Virus record (IMG/VR): IMGVR_UViG_3300037782_000169
Coordinates: 1 to 41,584 of that record
Source: a virus
Taxonomy: Duplodnaviria > Caudoviricetes
Length of the DNA: 41,584 nt
Reading direction: 5' to 3' (one strand)
The notes below the pieces were generated by a model. That model saw only the letters and a list, made by a program, of their open reading frames with translations, had not been told where the DNA came from and searched no databases. This document shows positions 8,270 through 17,075 of this stretch, in pieces. Made by a program: the position numbers and the translations under genes. Position 1 is the stretch's first letter. Every line of letters begins with the position of its first letter.

Positions 8270-9069
8270 GCATCCATCCGATCATCACCAGCGCCGTGAC
8301 GCCGTGTATCCTGCTCTGCCTGGTCCACAACTCCCCCGAGGAGATGAAGCACCACGAGACGATCAACGAAGCGATCGCTGAGTCGCCGCTCGCGCCGTTC
8401 GTCAAGGACCGCGTGACGCAGGTCAACGGCGGGTACACCACGCCCACGCCGCTGATCCTCAAGCGAACCGAGCTTCTGCTCGCCGACGACCCGGACTATC
8501 CGGAGACGGTGTTTCCTTCGCTGTGCAGGCGGCGATACGACGAGCAGAAGGGTGGGTACGCCTACTTCAACTACGAGCCCGAGAGCGGCGTGCGTTCCGA
8601 TCGCTTCGACGCGTGCGTGCGGCCGTACACGACCGCCGAGCTCAGCTTCACGGCACGCTGCGTGAGTCAGATGCGGAGACTGGATCCGACGCGCAAGCTC
8701 GGGATCTGGAACTGCCCGCACCTGATCAGCAACGCGGACTGGGACGCGGCGCGGATGATCCGCGGGGTGTCCTACATCAACTGGTCGATCTATAACGCGT
8801 ACCACGCGGATCCCATGCGTGCGATCTACGACTACGGCAAGATCGATCGCGAGTTTGATCACGAGGTCAGCATTGCGATCAAGCCCACATTCGGAACCGA
8901 GTGGGTCGATACGCAGACCGCGATCAACTTCGGTCGTGTGATCGGTCACGCAGCTCGTGAGCGCGGCGGCTCGGGGATGCTCTATCTGCCTGCTGGACTG
9001 TTCAAGGACGGCGTGCCTCCGCAGTTCAATGCCTGGCTGGGTGGGCTTGCAGAGGGGCTTGCTGCATGA
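8266..9069 (+). CDS. Hypothetical protein
   Basis: ATGA-coupled on both sides, AGGAG SD, typical codon usage; no recognised motif. Confidence 0.7.
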   Translation: MSIHPIITSAVTPCILLCLVHNSPEEMKHHETINEAIAESPLAPFVKDRVTQVNGGYTTPTPLILKRTELLLADDPDYPETVFPSLCRRRYDEQKGGYAYFNYEPESGVRSDRFDACVRPYTTAELSFTARCVSQMRRLDPTRKLGIWNCPHLISNADWDAARMIRGVSYINWSIYNAYHADPMRAIYDYGKIDREFDHEVSIAIKPTFGTEWVDTQTAINFGRVIGHAARERGGSGMLYLPAGLFKDGVPPQFNAWLGGLAEGLAA

Positions 9070-11138
9070 TCCAGACCGCTCTCGCAATCCTCGCACTGGC
9101 TGTGTTCCCGCCGAGTTTCAATCCATCAGCACCCATCGAAGAAATCCGTCAACAGGTCCGAAGCTGGACCACTGCAAAGGACAAAGCCATGACCGCAACA
9201 CTCATCCAAGCACCCGATGCCGAGACAGTTCCGGACGGGACCACAGCGACCGCTGCAAACTCGGGGCTCGAGGGTCTCGATGAAACAGGGACCTGGGAGA
9301 CACTGCCCGACGGACGACGGTACATCAAGAAGCCTGCGGGCGCGTCCATGACGCTCAAGCTCCTCGATGCGTCAACCATCGACGCGGCAACGCACTTCGC
9401 GTATCAGCTGCCGATCCAGTACCTGCTCGCCGAGGGCGAGGACTGGCCGGCGGACGATTCGCACTTCTTCATGAACATCAACTCGGACGGCACGCAGCTG
9501 CGTGTGCTGCATCGTGCGAATCCGGCTTGGGAGGGGCTTCAGGTGCAGCTCCAGGACTTCGACAACCTCGAAGGATCTCAAGTCACGCGACCCAACGGCA
9601 AGACCGTCGAGCAGGAGGAGATCGATCACGGCGCGTACTTCTTCCACGACGCAAGCGGATTCCTCGGATACACACTCGACGGGCAGGTGATCGAGCATGT
9701 GGACGGCGCGGATGTCGCGGCGGTGACTTCGATGGAGCGTTTCGGATGGCTCACCCCGATCGACGACGCGAACATCGAGGCCCGCATCATCTTCCCGATC
9801 AAGTATTGGACCGACGACAGCTATCAGAGCGAGATGGTCCCCGATCGCTCTGAGGACAGCGCGTACGGACACAAGGCACGCTGGACGGATCAGATTACTC
9901 CAACGATCGGGCCGTTCGAGACGACAAGCGGCACTGTCAACTACACCAAGTACGCGACGGGCGGCATCCGACCCGATCGTCAGCGTGCGGTTGCCTCGGG
10001 TGGTGACGCGACGATCGAGCTCCGCGATGGGCATGAGTTCGGACAGCTCCAGACCTTTGCCGACGGGCGCGCTGCGCTCGTGCTGCCGCATTCATATCTG
10101 ACAAGCGGGAAGTCAGCGCGTTTCCGTGCGGGCAAGACTGTTGTGGATGATGTCATCGATCTGCTGTTCGATGGGACGAGCGGGACAGCCGGGGCCCGTG
10201 AGATCAAGATCGGCGGCGTCGCGACCGGGTTGACCTACGACCAGGCTGATCGTTATCAGCTGATCATCATCTTCGACGAGACACCCGGAAAGAGTGCGCT
10301 CATTCTGCAGAACCTGTCCGAGGACTCCAATAGCGTCCGGCGTCAGAGCGTGGTCGCGTGGGAGGGTGTTGGCGAGATCCCCGAGATCAACAAGATCACG
10401 ATCGACCTGACTGGCGCCGATGCGGAGTTCGAGGGTCCGCTCAACCCTGACGGCGTCGATATCATCATCACTTCGTCGTACAACTGCACGGAGACCACGA
10501 TCAGCGGTGAAGCTCCGATCCAGTCCAAGAGCCGAATCAGCAACGGATGGAACGCGTACCCCAATCCGGGCAGCCGTCGCGACACAGGCATCTGGTCCTA
10601 CAACCCGCACGCTCGATCGGGTCACGGGCTCACGCATATGGTCGCTTCGTTCGGTGGCGACTACGCGGACTTCGTGCATCTGCGCGGTGTGCGTCTAGCG
10701 TTCATTGAGTGGCAGCTGAACAACGACGCAAACATCAACACGATCATGGGTGTGTTCGAGCCGATGACTCGGGCTGCGATCGACGCGCAGATGCGGATCC
10801 TGTACTGCACGGCGATCCCTGTGCCGACGACTGGCGATACACCCGAGTACACCGAGGCGTTCCAGGCGCAGCAGCGGACGCTCAACAAGCGGGGCAAGAC
10901 CTTCCTCGAGCGCATCCAGAAGAACGGGCTGATCGAGATCGCGGATGTCGCGCGTCTGTACACGAATAGCGAGGGCGTCGCTGCGTTCTACAACCCACCT
11001 GCTGACGATGTGCACTTCGATCCGGACGGCGACGAGCTCTATCCGCAGAAGGTCGTGAGCACGATCAAGACGCTCCCGGGGCTCAAGCACGCAGGCCGGC
11101 GCCGTGTTCGTCGATCGGGTTCCCGCCGGCGATTGTGA
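9066..11138 (+). CDS. Large protein with beta-rich N-terminal part, C-terminal SGNH/GDSL-hydrolase-like domain and Arg-rich tail
   Basis: NPHARSG, QLNND and DDVHFDPDG (DxxH) blocks; alternative start ATG 9189 with AAGGA SD. Confidence 0.6.
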   Translation: MIQTALAILALAVFPPSFNPSAPIEEIRQQVRSWTTAKDKAMTATLIQAPDAETVPDGTTATAANSGLEGLDETGTWETLPDGRRYIKKPAGASMTLKLLDASTIDAATHFAYQLPIQYLLAEGEDWPADDSHFFMNINSDGTQLRVLHRANPAWEGLQVQLQDFDNLEGSQVTRPNGKTVEQEEIDHGAYFFHDASGFLGYTLDGQVIEHVDGADVAAVTSMERFGWLTPIDDANIEARIIFPIKYWTDDSYQSEMVPDRSEDSAYGHKARWTDQITPTIGPFETTSGTVNYTKYATGGIRPDRQRAVASGGDATIELRDGHEFGQLQTFADGRAALVLPHSYLTSGKSARFRAGKTVVDDVIDLLFDGTSGTAGAREIKIGGVATGLTYDQADRYQLIIIFDETPGKSALILQNLSEDSNSVRRQSVVAWEGVGEIPEINKITIDLTGADAEFEGPLNPDGVDIIITSSYNCTETTISGEAPIQSKSRISNGWNAYPNPGSRRDTGIWSYNPHARSGHGLTHMVASFGGDYADFVHLRGVRLAFIEWQLNNDANINTIMGVFEPMTRAAIDAQMRILYCTAIPVPTTGDTPEYTEAFQAQQRTLNKRGKTFLERIQKNGLIEIADVARLYTNSEGVAAFYNPPADDVHFDPDGDELYPQKVVSTIKTLPGLKHAGRRRVRRSGSRRRL

Positions 11139-11147
11139 GGTGCGTCA

Positions 11148-11645
11148 TTGGCGTTCGATCCCGATGTTTTCGACGAGGTCTGCGCGGCTGTGATGGACGG
11201 CGGGCTGATCAAGAACCTTCTGGGTCAGGGACGCCCGGAGGCTTGGCCGTCGAAGCGCACCTGGTACACCTGGGTGGCGAGCGAGAAGCTGATCGAGGAG
11301 CACGATGTGCGCGCGAAGTTCGATTTCGCGCTCGATGTTCGCACGCAGGGGTGGGCGGAGGAGATCATCGAGATCGCGGACAATGCCGGTGTGCTCGTGG
11401 AAGTTGAGCGATCGGACGGTTCAGTGTTCTCAACCAAGGAGATCACGAAGGAGTCAGTCTCAATGGCCGCGAACCAATGCAAGGTGCGCATGTGGGCGGT
11501 CGAGAAGTGGATGCCGCGGAAGTTCGGCAAGCTCGTGAGCGACAAGGACGACGGCAACGACCGACGGACGAACCTCAAGGTTGTCGAGATGTATCCGGAC
11601 ACGACACCGGAGCAGGTCGCCGGCGAGGGGGCGAGTGATGGGTGA
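11148..11645 (+). CDS. terS: Terminase small subunit
   Basis: AEEIIEIADN...RMWAVEKWMPRKFG pattern of Sf6-type TerS; directly upstream of terL. Confidence 0.8.
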   Translation: MAFDPDVFDEVCAAVMDGGLIKNLLGQGRPEAWPSKRTWYTWVASEKLIEEHDVRAKFDFALDVRTQGWAEEIIEIADNAGVLVEVERSDGSVFSTKEITKESVSMAANQCKVRMWAVEKWMPRKFGKLVSDKDDGNDRRTNLKVVEMYPDTTPEQVAGEGASDG

Positions 11646-13173
11646 ACGCAAGTTCCAGCTCGTCGGGCCGTACGCGGATATCTACCGCGAGCTCATGAGC
11701 CATGATCCGGACTGGCGAGCTCCGGAGATCGGCGAGGACGAGGATCTCGATGAGGATCTGCCCTTCTACGAATACTCACTCGAAGGCCCGGCGGGAACGG
11801 GCAAGACCTTCTTCGAGGGTGTGCTGCTCGAGGATCTGCACGCGCGATACCCGCGATTCCGTTCGGTGGTCATCCGCAAGACACGCGTCTCGCTGAGCGA
11901 TTCATGGATGCAGGTGTTCGAGGACGATGTGCTCGGCCCCGAGCACCCGATGCTCCGCAAGGGTCCGAGCCGGGCGCACAGGACCGAGTACAGCTGGGAT
12001 GTTCGCCAGGGCCAATCGGTGACGCGGATCGCGGGTATGGACAACCCGACGCGTCTGTTCTCGACACAGTACGATCTCGCGCTTGTCGTCGAGGGCATCG
12101 AGTTCAACGAGGATGACTACCAATCTCTGTTCCGCGCGATGCGGAACAATGGCGCTCCGTTCAAGGTGGTCATCAGCGACACGAACCCCGGGAACATCAA
12201 TCACTTCCTGAACCGTCGTCCGGATCGCCCGGGCTCGACCATGAAACGCGTGCTCACGCGGCACCATCACAATCCGGCGTACTTCAACCCCCGCACGGGC
12301 AAGATGACCGCGCGCGGGCGCCAGTACATGAAGATCCTGAACCAGCTCTCGGGGGTGATGCGCAAGCGGCTGCTGCTCGGGCAGTGGTGTTCGGCTGAGG
12401 GCGCGATCTTCGAGCACTTCAATCGTGATGTGCATGTGTTCGATCCGGGTGATCCGGGACCGGGCAAGCCGTTCGGTGTGAACTGCCCGGACTACGAATA
12501 CTTCATCGCGGGCATCGATTTCGGCTGGCACGACTGTAAGTGCCTCCAGGTCTGGGGTGTCACGAGCGATCGGGACACCGATATGCTCGCGGAGTGGTAC
12601 GGCACGCGCGTCCCGCTTGAGAACCTCGCGAAGTGGACGATCGCGGCGCACAAAGAGTTTGATTTCGTGCGTTGCGTCGCGGACCACGAACCCGAGTCGA
12701 TCGAGTACCTGAACGACAAGCTGGGTTGGCGGGGCGGTCGGAATGGCTCCAGTCTCGTGATGAAGGCGCAGAAGGGCAAGGGGAGCGTAAAGCCGCGACT
12801 CGAGCTCGTGATGGATCTCCTCGGGAACAACCCGGAGACCGATCTGCCGACCAAGATCCGATTCAGCAGCAGGGCGCAGCGCTACAAGTGTCCGTATCTT
12901 GAGGCCGCGGGTCTCCCCCAGGGGGTGGTTGACGAGATACCCGGATATGTGTGGGCGGAGCAGAAGGAAGACAGGCCGGCAAAGAATGAGCCGGACCCGG
13001 GTTCGATCGATCATGGCTGCGACACGACGGGCTATGTCCAGACAGAGATCTGGAAGACTGATTTCCGCACCAAGAAAAACACGCTCAAGCCCGAGGATGT
13101 CTTCAGCGGCAAGGCTTCATACACCATGACCGCCGAGGAGTTCGAGGAATATGTCGATGAGTATGCAGACTGA
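11638..13173 (+). CDS. terL: Terminase large subunit
   Basis: Walker A EGPAGTGKT, IRKT, VVEGIE, DTNP coupling motif, nuclease GIDFG and DHGCD. Confidence 0.95.
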   Translation: MGERKFQLVGPYADIYRELMSHDPDWRAPEIGEDEDLDEDLPFYEYSLEGPAGTGKTFFEGVLLEDLHARYPRFRSVVIRKTRVSLSDSWMQVFEDDVLGPEHPMLRKGPSRAHRTEYSWDVRQGQSVTRIAGMDNPTRLFSTQYDLALVVEGIEFNEDDYQSLFRAMRNNGAPFKVVISDTNPGNINHFLNRRPDRPGSTMKRVLTRHHHNPAYFNPRTGKMTARGRQYMKILNQLSGVMRKRLLLGQWCSAEGAIFEHFNRDVHVFDPGDPGPGKPFGVNCPDYEYFIAGIDFGWHDCKCLQVWGVTSDRDTDMLAEWYGTRVPLENLAKWTIAAHKEFDFVRCVADHEPESIEYLNDKLGWRGGRNGSSLVMKAQKGKGSVKPRLELVMDLLGNNPETDLPTKIRFSSRAQRYKCPYLEAAGLPQGVVDEIPGYVWAEQKEDRPAKNEPDPGSIDHGCDTTGYVQTEIWKTDFRTKKNTLKPEDVFSGKASYTMTAEEFEEYVDEYAD

Positions 13174-13182
13174 GCGGATCGG

Positions 13183-13246
13183 TGGTATGATTGAGTAGCG
13201 AGTACACACAGGCAGGACGCCATAGGATCAAGGACGAAGCGCTGTG
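13183..13246 (+). promoter_or_regulatory. Extended -10 promoter and GGA-rich leader of the csrA-like gene (CsrA-type site 2)
   Basis: TG-G-TATGAT (13183-13191); GGC-AGGAC-GCC hairpin (13211-13221) and further GGA at 13225 and 13232, the last in the SD. Confidence 0.6.
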
Positions 13247-13594
13247 TATAAAACGAAACTCGCACCGGATGAATCCGTTTGTGTTCGCATTGACGGAACA
13301 AGAACATTCGTCAAAGCGAAGCTGACCAAGAGCTCGCAGAGCTCCAAGATCGAGCTCGCGATCGAAGCCCCGAACAGTGTAACGATCGAGCGGAACCCGA
13401 AAGCGGGCGAGGCTCATCTCTGGCCTGATCACGGACGCAAGAATCGTGAAGCCGAAGCGCTGCGGAGCCGCGAGAAAGCGGAGCAGAAGCGCAAGCGTGA
13501 AGAGCGTGATCGGAACGAAGTGAACCAATCCCCAAGCGGGCAAGACGCCACAAGCACCAGCGAGGTGACAAGTGGCTCTGAGTCAGAAACCTGA
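13244..13594 (+). CDS. Divergent CsrA/RsmA-like RNA-binding protein with a charged C-terminal extension
   Basis: DESVCV...KIELAIEAPNSVTIER aligns by eye with CsrA GETLMI...QVRIGVNAPKEVSVHR, including the R44-equivalent; beta-1 strand divergent; GTG start. Confidence 0.65.
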   Translation: MYKTKLAPDESVCVRIDGTRTFVKAKLTKSSQSSKIELAIEAPNSVTIERNPKAGEAHLWPDHGRKNREAEALRSREKAEQKRKREERDRNEVNQSPSGQDATSTSEVTSGSESET

Positions 13595-15368
13595 TAAGCT
13601 CTGGCGCGAGGTACGCCGCGCGATCGATGACCGCGATGATGTGCTCAAGGGATTCGACAAGGCGATCCGTCGCATGCACGGATCCGGCTACGGCAGCGAA
13701 ACCGACGGCGAAGAAACGACCGTGAATCATGCAGTGGCGTGGCTCAGTGTCATGCTGCCGAAGATGATTCATCGGAACCCGAAGTCCATCGTGCGGACAC
13801 GTCGGGCGATCGATGGGCAGCAGAGCGAAGTTGAGCAGGCGGCGGACTCCATCCAGGCGTTCTTGAATGTGTGGGTCAAATCGGTCGGGCTTGCCAAGAC
13901 GCTCAAGCTCTGCGCACGCGACTACTCGTTCCACTGGTGCGCCGCGATCGTGACGCGGAGGAAGCACGCGGGCGATCCGACACAAGACACGGAAACCGAG
14001 CGGTGGCTGCCCGAGGTTCAGCGTGTACCGCTCTGGCGTTTAGTAATCGATCCCTACTGCGAGTGCCTGGAGCAAGCGCGGTATGTCGGTCATGTGTGGC
14101 ACGCGGACAAAGAAGACCTAGTCGAGATCGCGAAGAACGCCGACGAGGATGATGGATGGGTGCTCGAAGCGATCGAGGCATCGGAGCCGGGCGAGAGTTC
14201 GGTGCTCAACGATGAGCGTGACGAGAACAGCCGCACGGTTGATCGCGAGGAGCTCGTCTGTCTCGACCTGTGGGTGCCTGAGAAACTCCACGACGAGCAG
14301 GTCGGTCCGGAGGACGGATTCCACGGCACGATCCTGACGATGAGCATGAACGCGGAGGAGGAGAAGCTTGCGTTTATCCGCAAGCCGCGTCCGTACTACG
14401 GACCCCCATGTGGACCATACGCGGTTGGTGGGTATCTCAATGTGCCGAAGAAAGTCTGGCCGCTCGGACCGCTCGCTGTCACACACGGACACGAGGATCT
14501 ACTGCGGAGGATGACCGATCACGCGAACAAGGCATGTGCGGAATACCGCAAGGTGATGTTCGTTCCGATGGGAACAGGCGCTGAGGAAGCCGCGAAGAAG
14601 GCGGCGGTCGGAAACAACATCATCATCCCTGTTCGGGGTCTCGCTTCCGATGCGGCGCCCGTCACGCTCGAGATCGGCGGGCTGACCGATCAGCAGATCA
14701 AGCAGATGTCGCACGCTGAGCGTCAGCTGTCGCTCATGAGCGGGCTCGACGCCGCGCAGCAAGGAGAGGTCAGCGGCGACGGCACCGCGACGGAGCACGC
14801 GATCGCGGACTCTGCGATGCAGACTCGGAGCGGCCATATCGTGGACAACTTCCATGAGTTCGTGAACGCGATCCTGAAAAAATCCGCGTGGTACGGATTC
14901 CATGATGAGCAGGTCCGGCTTGAGCTCAGCGAGGATATCGAGGGACTGGAGGGCATGGAGTCTCCAGAGTTTGTGGGTGGTCCTGGTGGGCTCGACTCCA
15001 GGGCGTTCGACGCGATGAGCATCGATATCGAAGCGATGAGCATGGAGCGGACGAGCGATGCGCTGCATCAGCGCCGGATGCTGCAGGCAATGCAGATCAT
15101 GGTGCAGCTTGCGCCGGTGATCAGGCAGTTCCCGGAATGGAAATGGAAGCAGATTCTGGGATTCCTCGGCGACGCGCTGAACATCCCCGAGCTTGACAGC
15201 ATGGTGGACTTCGATATGGCGTCTCAGCTCATGAATGTCCCGGTCGGTGGGCAGGAACAGCAGCCTGCGATCGGGATCGAGACCGGATTCGGAAACGACA
15301 CGCGTGAGGCACGCGAAGTGGTTGGGCGCATCGCGGGCGCTGCGTCCGGTGTGCAGGGGGTTGCGTGA
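13572..15368 (+). CDS. Portal protein
   Basis: 598 aa, located between terL and scaffold/capsid; SGL..AQQG...TATE motif of podoviral portals. Confidence 0.85.
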   Translation: MALSQKPDKLWREVRRAIDDRDDVLKGFDKAIRRMHGSGYGSETDGEETTVNHAVAWLSVMLPKMIHRNPKSIVRTRRAIDGQQSEVEQAADSIQAFLNVWVKSVGLAKTLKLCARDYSFHWCAAIVTRRKHAGDPTQDTETERWLPEVQRVPLWRLVIDPYCECLEQARYVGHVWHADKEDLVEIAKNADEDDGWVLEAIEASEPGESSVLNDERDENSRTVDREELVCLDLWVPEKLHDEQVGPEDGFHGTILTMSMNAEEEKLAFIRKPRPYYGPPCGPYAVGGYLNVPKKVWPLGPLAVTHGHEDLLRRMTDHANKACAEYRKVMFVPMGTGAEEAAKKAAVGNNIIIPVRGLASDAAPVTLEIGGLTDQQIKQMSHAERQLSLMSGLDAAQQGEVSGDGTATEHAIADSAMQTRSGHIVDNFHEFVNAILKKSAWYGFHDEQVRLELSEDIEGLEGMESPEFVGGPGGLDSRAFDAMSIDIEAMSMERTSDALHQRRMLQAMQIMVQLAPVIRQFPEWKWKQILGFLGDALNIPELDSMVDFDMASQLMNVPVGGQEQQPAIGIETGFGNDTREAREVVGRIAGAASGVQGVA

Positions 15369-15595
15369 TGATTCGAACGATGCTCGCTTGTGCTGGCACG
15401 ACTGAACCTGTGAAAGTGCGCGGGTGCGCGTATCGCAGGAATGATCCCAAGCCAGATATGTGGGAGATCATCAAACGCGCGCATGAGGCAATCAAGTTTG
15501 ATTCGCTCGATCCGAGCGAGGTTCGGATGTGGTTCAAAGGTAGATTTGTGCCCGTCGATCAGGTTGTCAAGGAGTTTGCCAATGCCGGAATATGA
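15365..15595 (+). CDS. Hypothetical protein
   Basis: Overlap-coupled to the portal gene and the next gene. Confidence 0.55.
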   Translation: MMIRTMLACAGTTEPVKVRGCAYRRNDPKPDMWEIIKRAHEAIKFDSLDPSEVRMWFKGRFVPVDQVVKEFANAGI

Positions 15596-15893
15596 GTTCT
15601 TCGACGAGGACGGGAACCACGAGACTGTGTTTTTCCCGATGTCACAGGCGCCGGCGATCGGTGAGCTGGTCGAGCACGAGGGACGGGTGCTGCGCCGGGT
15701 CGCTTCGATGCCAGGCGTGAACATGGGATTCCGTCCGTTTGCGAGCTACTCGCTGCCCAAGAACGATCCCAACGCGCGGGAGTTTGATTCCGCGGGGCGT
15801 CCGTGCTTCAACACAGAGCGATCCGTGCGCGAGTTCATGGCACGCAACAACGACAAGCCCGGAGCAGAAAAACTCGGCTGGAAGGGTGACTAG
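15582..15893 (+). CDS. FmdB-like (MPxYE) small protein lacking the Zn-binding cysteines
   Basis: MPEYEFFDEDGNHETVFFPMSQAP...LRRVASMP; AAGGAG SD. Confidence 0.6.
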   Translation: MPEYEFFDEDGNHETVFFPMSQAPAIGELVEHEGRVLRRVASMPGVNMGFRPFASYSLPKNDPNAREFDSAGRPCFNTERSVREFMARNNDKPGAEKLGWKGD

Positions 15894-15934
15894 GACAACG
15901 ATTTCGAGTACCCTTATTGCACAACACGACACGC

Positions 15935-15977
15935 GGCAGGACGCTCAAACGATCAAGGAAGATCACAATGAGCGACC
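15935..15977 (+). promoter_or_regulatory. AGGAC hairpin / start-codon-sequestering switch (CsrA-type site 3)
   Basis: GGC-AGGAC-GCT; GG.CGCTCA pairs with TGAGCG.CC over the ATG; inner GATC-AAGGAA-GATC hairpin. Confidence 0.6.
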
Positions 15978-16999
15978 AAGCCAACAACGACACAACCCCA
16001 GAAACTCCCACCAACGAGGTCGAGACAACGACCGACGCGGCTGTCGAATCGAACGACACGCCCGAGATCGATCCTGTTGACGCGGTGATGGACGAGATCC
16101 TCGACGGCGACACGGACTTCGAGGACGAGGAGCCTGTCGCGCCCAAGGCCGACAAGAAGGGCAAGGAAGCCGAAGCGAAATCCGACGACGCCAAGGACGG
16201 CGAGACCAAGGACGGCGAGGACAGCACGGACGCTGATTGGGCTGCCGCGACTTCTGCATTGATCTCGATGGGCATGAGCGCCGACGAAATCGCGGCGATG
16301 CCAAAGGATCTGGTGCTCAAGATGGGAGCTCGTCTTGCTGCGGATGCTGGTCAGAGTTCTGCCGGATCGGATGATCCAGAGGCCGAAGCCGAGTCCGAGG
16401 ACTCAGCAGACAAACAGCCAAAGGCAAAGCCGGAAGCGAAGAAGCCAGCGGTCGAAGCCGACGCTGAATCCGTGGACCTGGATTCGATCGGTGAGGAGAT
16501 TGTCGCGAGTCTGATCGAGGACGGCGGATTCGACGAGACCGAGAGCAAGGCGATCAGTGGCGCCGTGACCAAGGCGATCGGCAAGATCCAGGGATCGCTC
16601 GGATCGGGATTCGATGCTGACCGTTTCGCGAACATCGAGCGCACGGTGCAGGCGATGGAAGCGATCCAGACCCGACGGATGATCGACGACGAATCGAGCC
16701 GGCTCGCAGATATCTACCCCGAGATCGACGCCGAGGGTGGACGGGAGAAGCTCGAAGCGAAGGCCGGCGAGCTCTACCAGCAGGGCGTGAAGTTCAAGGA
16801 TGTTGGCGAGCTCGTGCGCGCCGCTGCACTCACGCTCTGGGGCGCGAACCGCACGGCGGAGATCAAGGAAGCAACGAAGAAGGTCAACAAACTCAAGGCC
16901 AACGGGACCACGAGTTCCGGCAAGCCAGTCTCACAGGACGACGGACCCAAGGACGCATTCGATGCCGCGTTTGACGAGGCATATGAGGCGTCTCGCTGA
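15968..16999 (+). CDS. Capsid scaffolding protein
   Basis: Very acidic, low-complexity, helical; directly before the major capsid gene. Confidence 0.75.
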   Translation: MSDQANNDTTPETPTNEVETTTDAAVESNDTPEIDPVDAVMDEILDGDTDFEDEEPVAPKADKKGKEAEAKSDDAKDGETKDGEDSTDADWAAATSALISMGMSADEIAAMPKDLVLKMGARLAADAGQSSAGSDDPEAEAESEDSADKQPKAKPEAKKPAVEADAESVDLDSIGEEIVASLIEDGGFDETESKAISGAVTKAIGKIQGSLGSGFDADRFANIERTVQAMEAIQTRRMIDDESSRLADIYPEIDAEGGREKLEAKAGELYQQGVKFKDVGELVRAAALTLWGANRTAEIKEATKKVNKLKANGTTSSGKPVSQDDGPKDAFDAAFDEAYEASR

Positions 17000-17033
17000 G
17001 ACTGACTCGCCCCCGCGTGCGGGGTGAACAACG

Positions 17034-17072
17034 AAACCGTGGCAGGACGCTCACCGTTTGGAAGGAGCGTCC
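17034..17072 (+). promoter_or_regulatory. AGGAC hairpin / SD-sequestering switch (CsrA-type site 4)
   Basis: AAAC.GTGGC-AGGAC-GC.CAC.GTTT, or alternatively a perfect 8-bp stem GGACGCTC (17045-17052) / GAGCGTCC (17065-17072) over the AAGGAG SD. Confidence 0.65.
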
Positions 17073-17075
17073 GAC

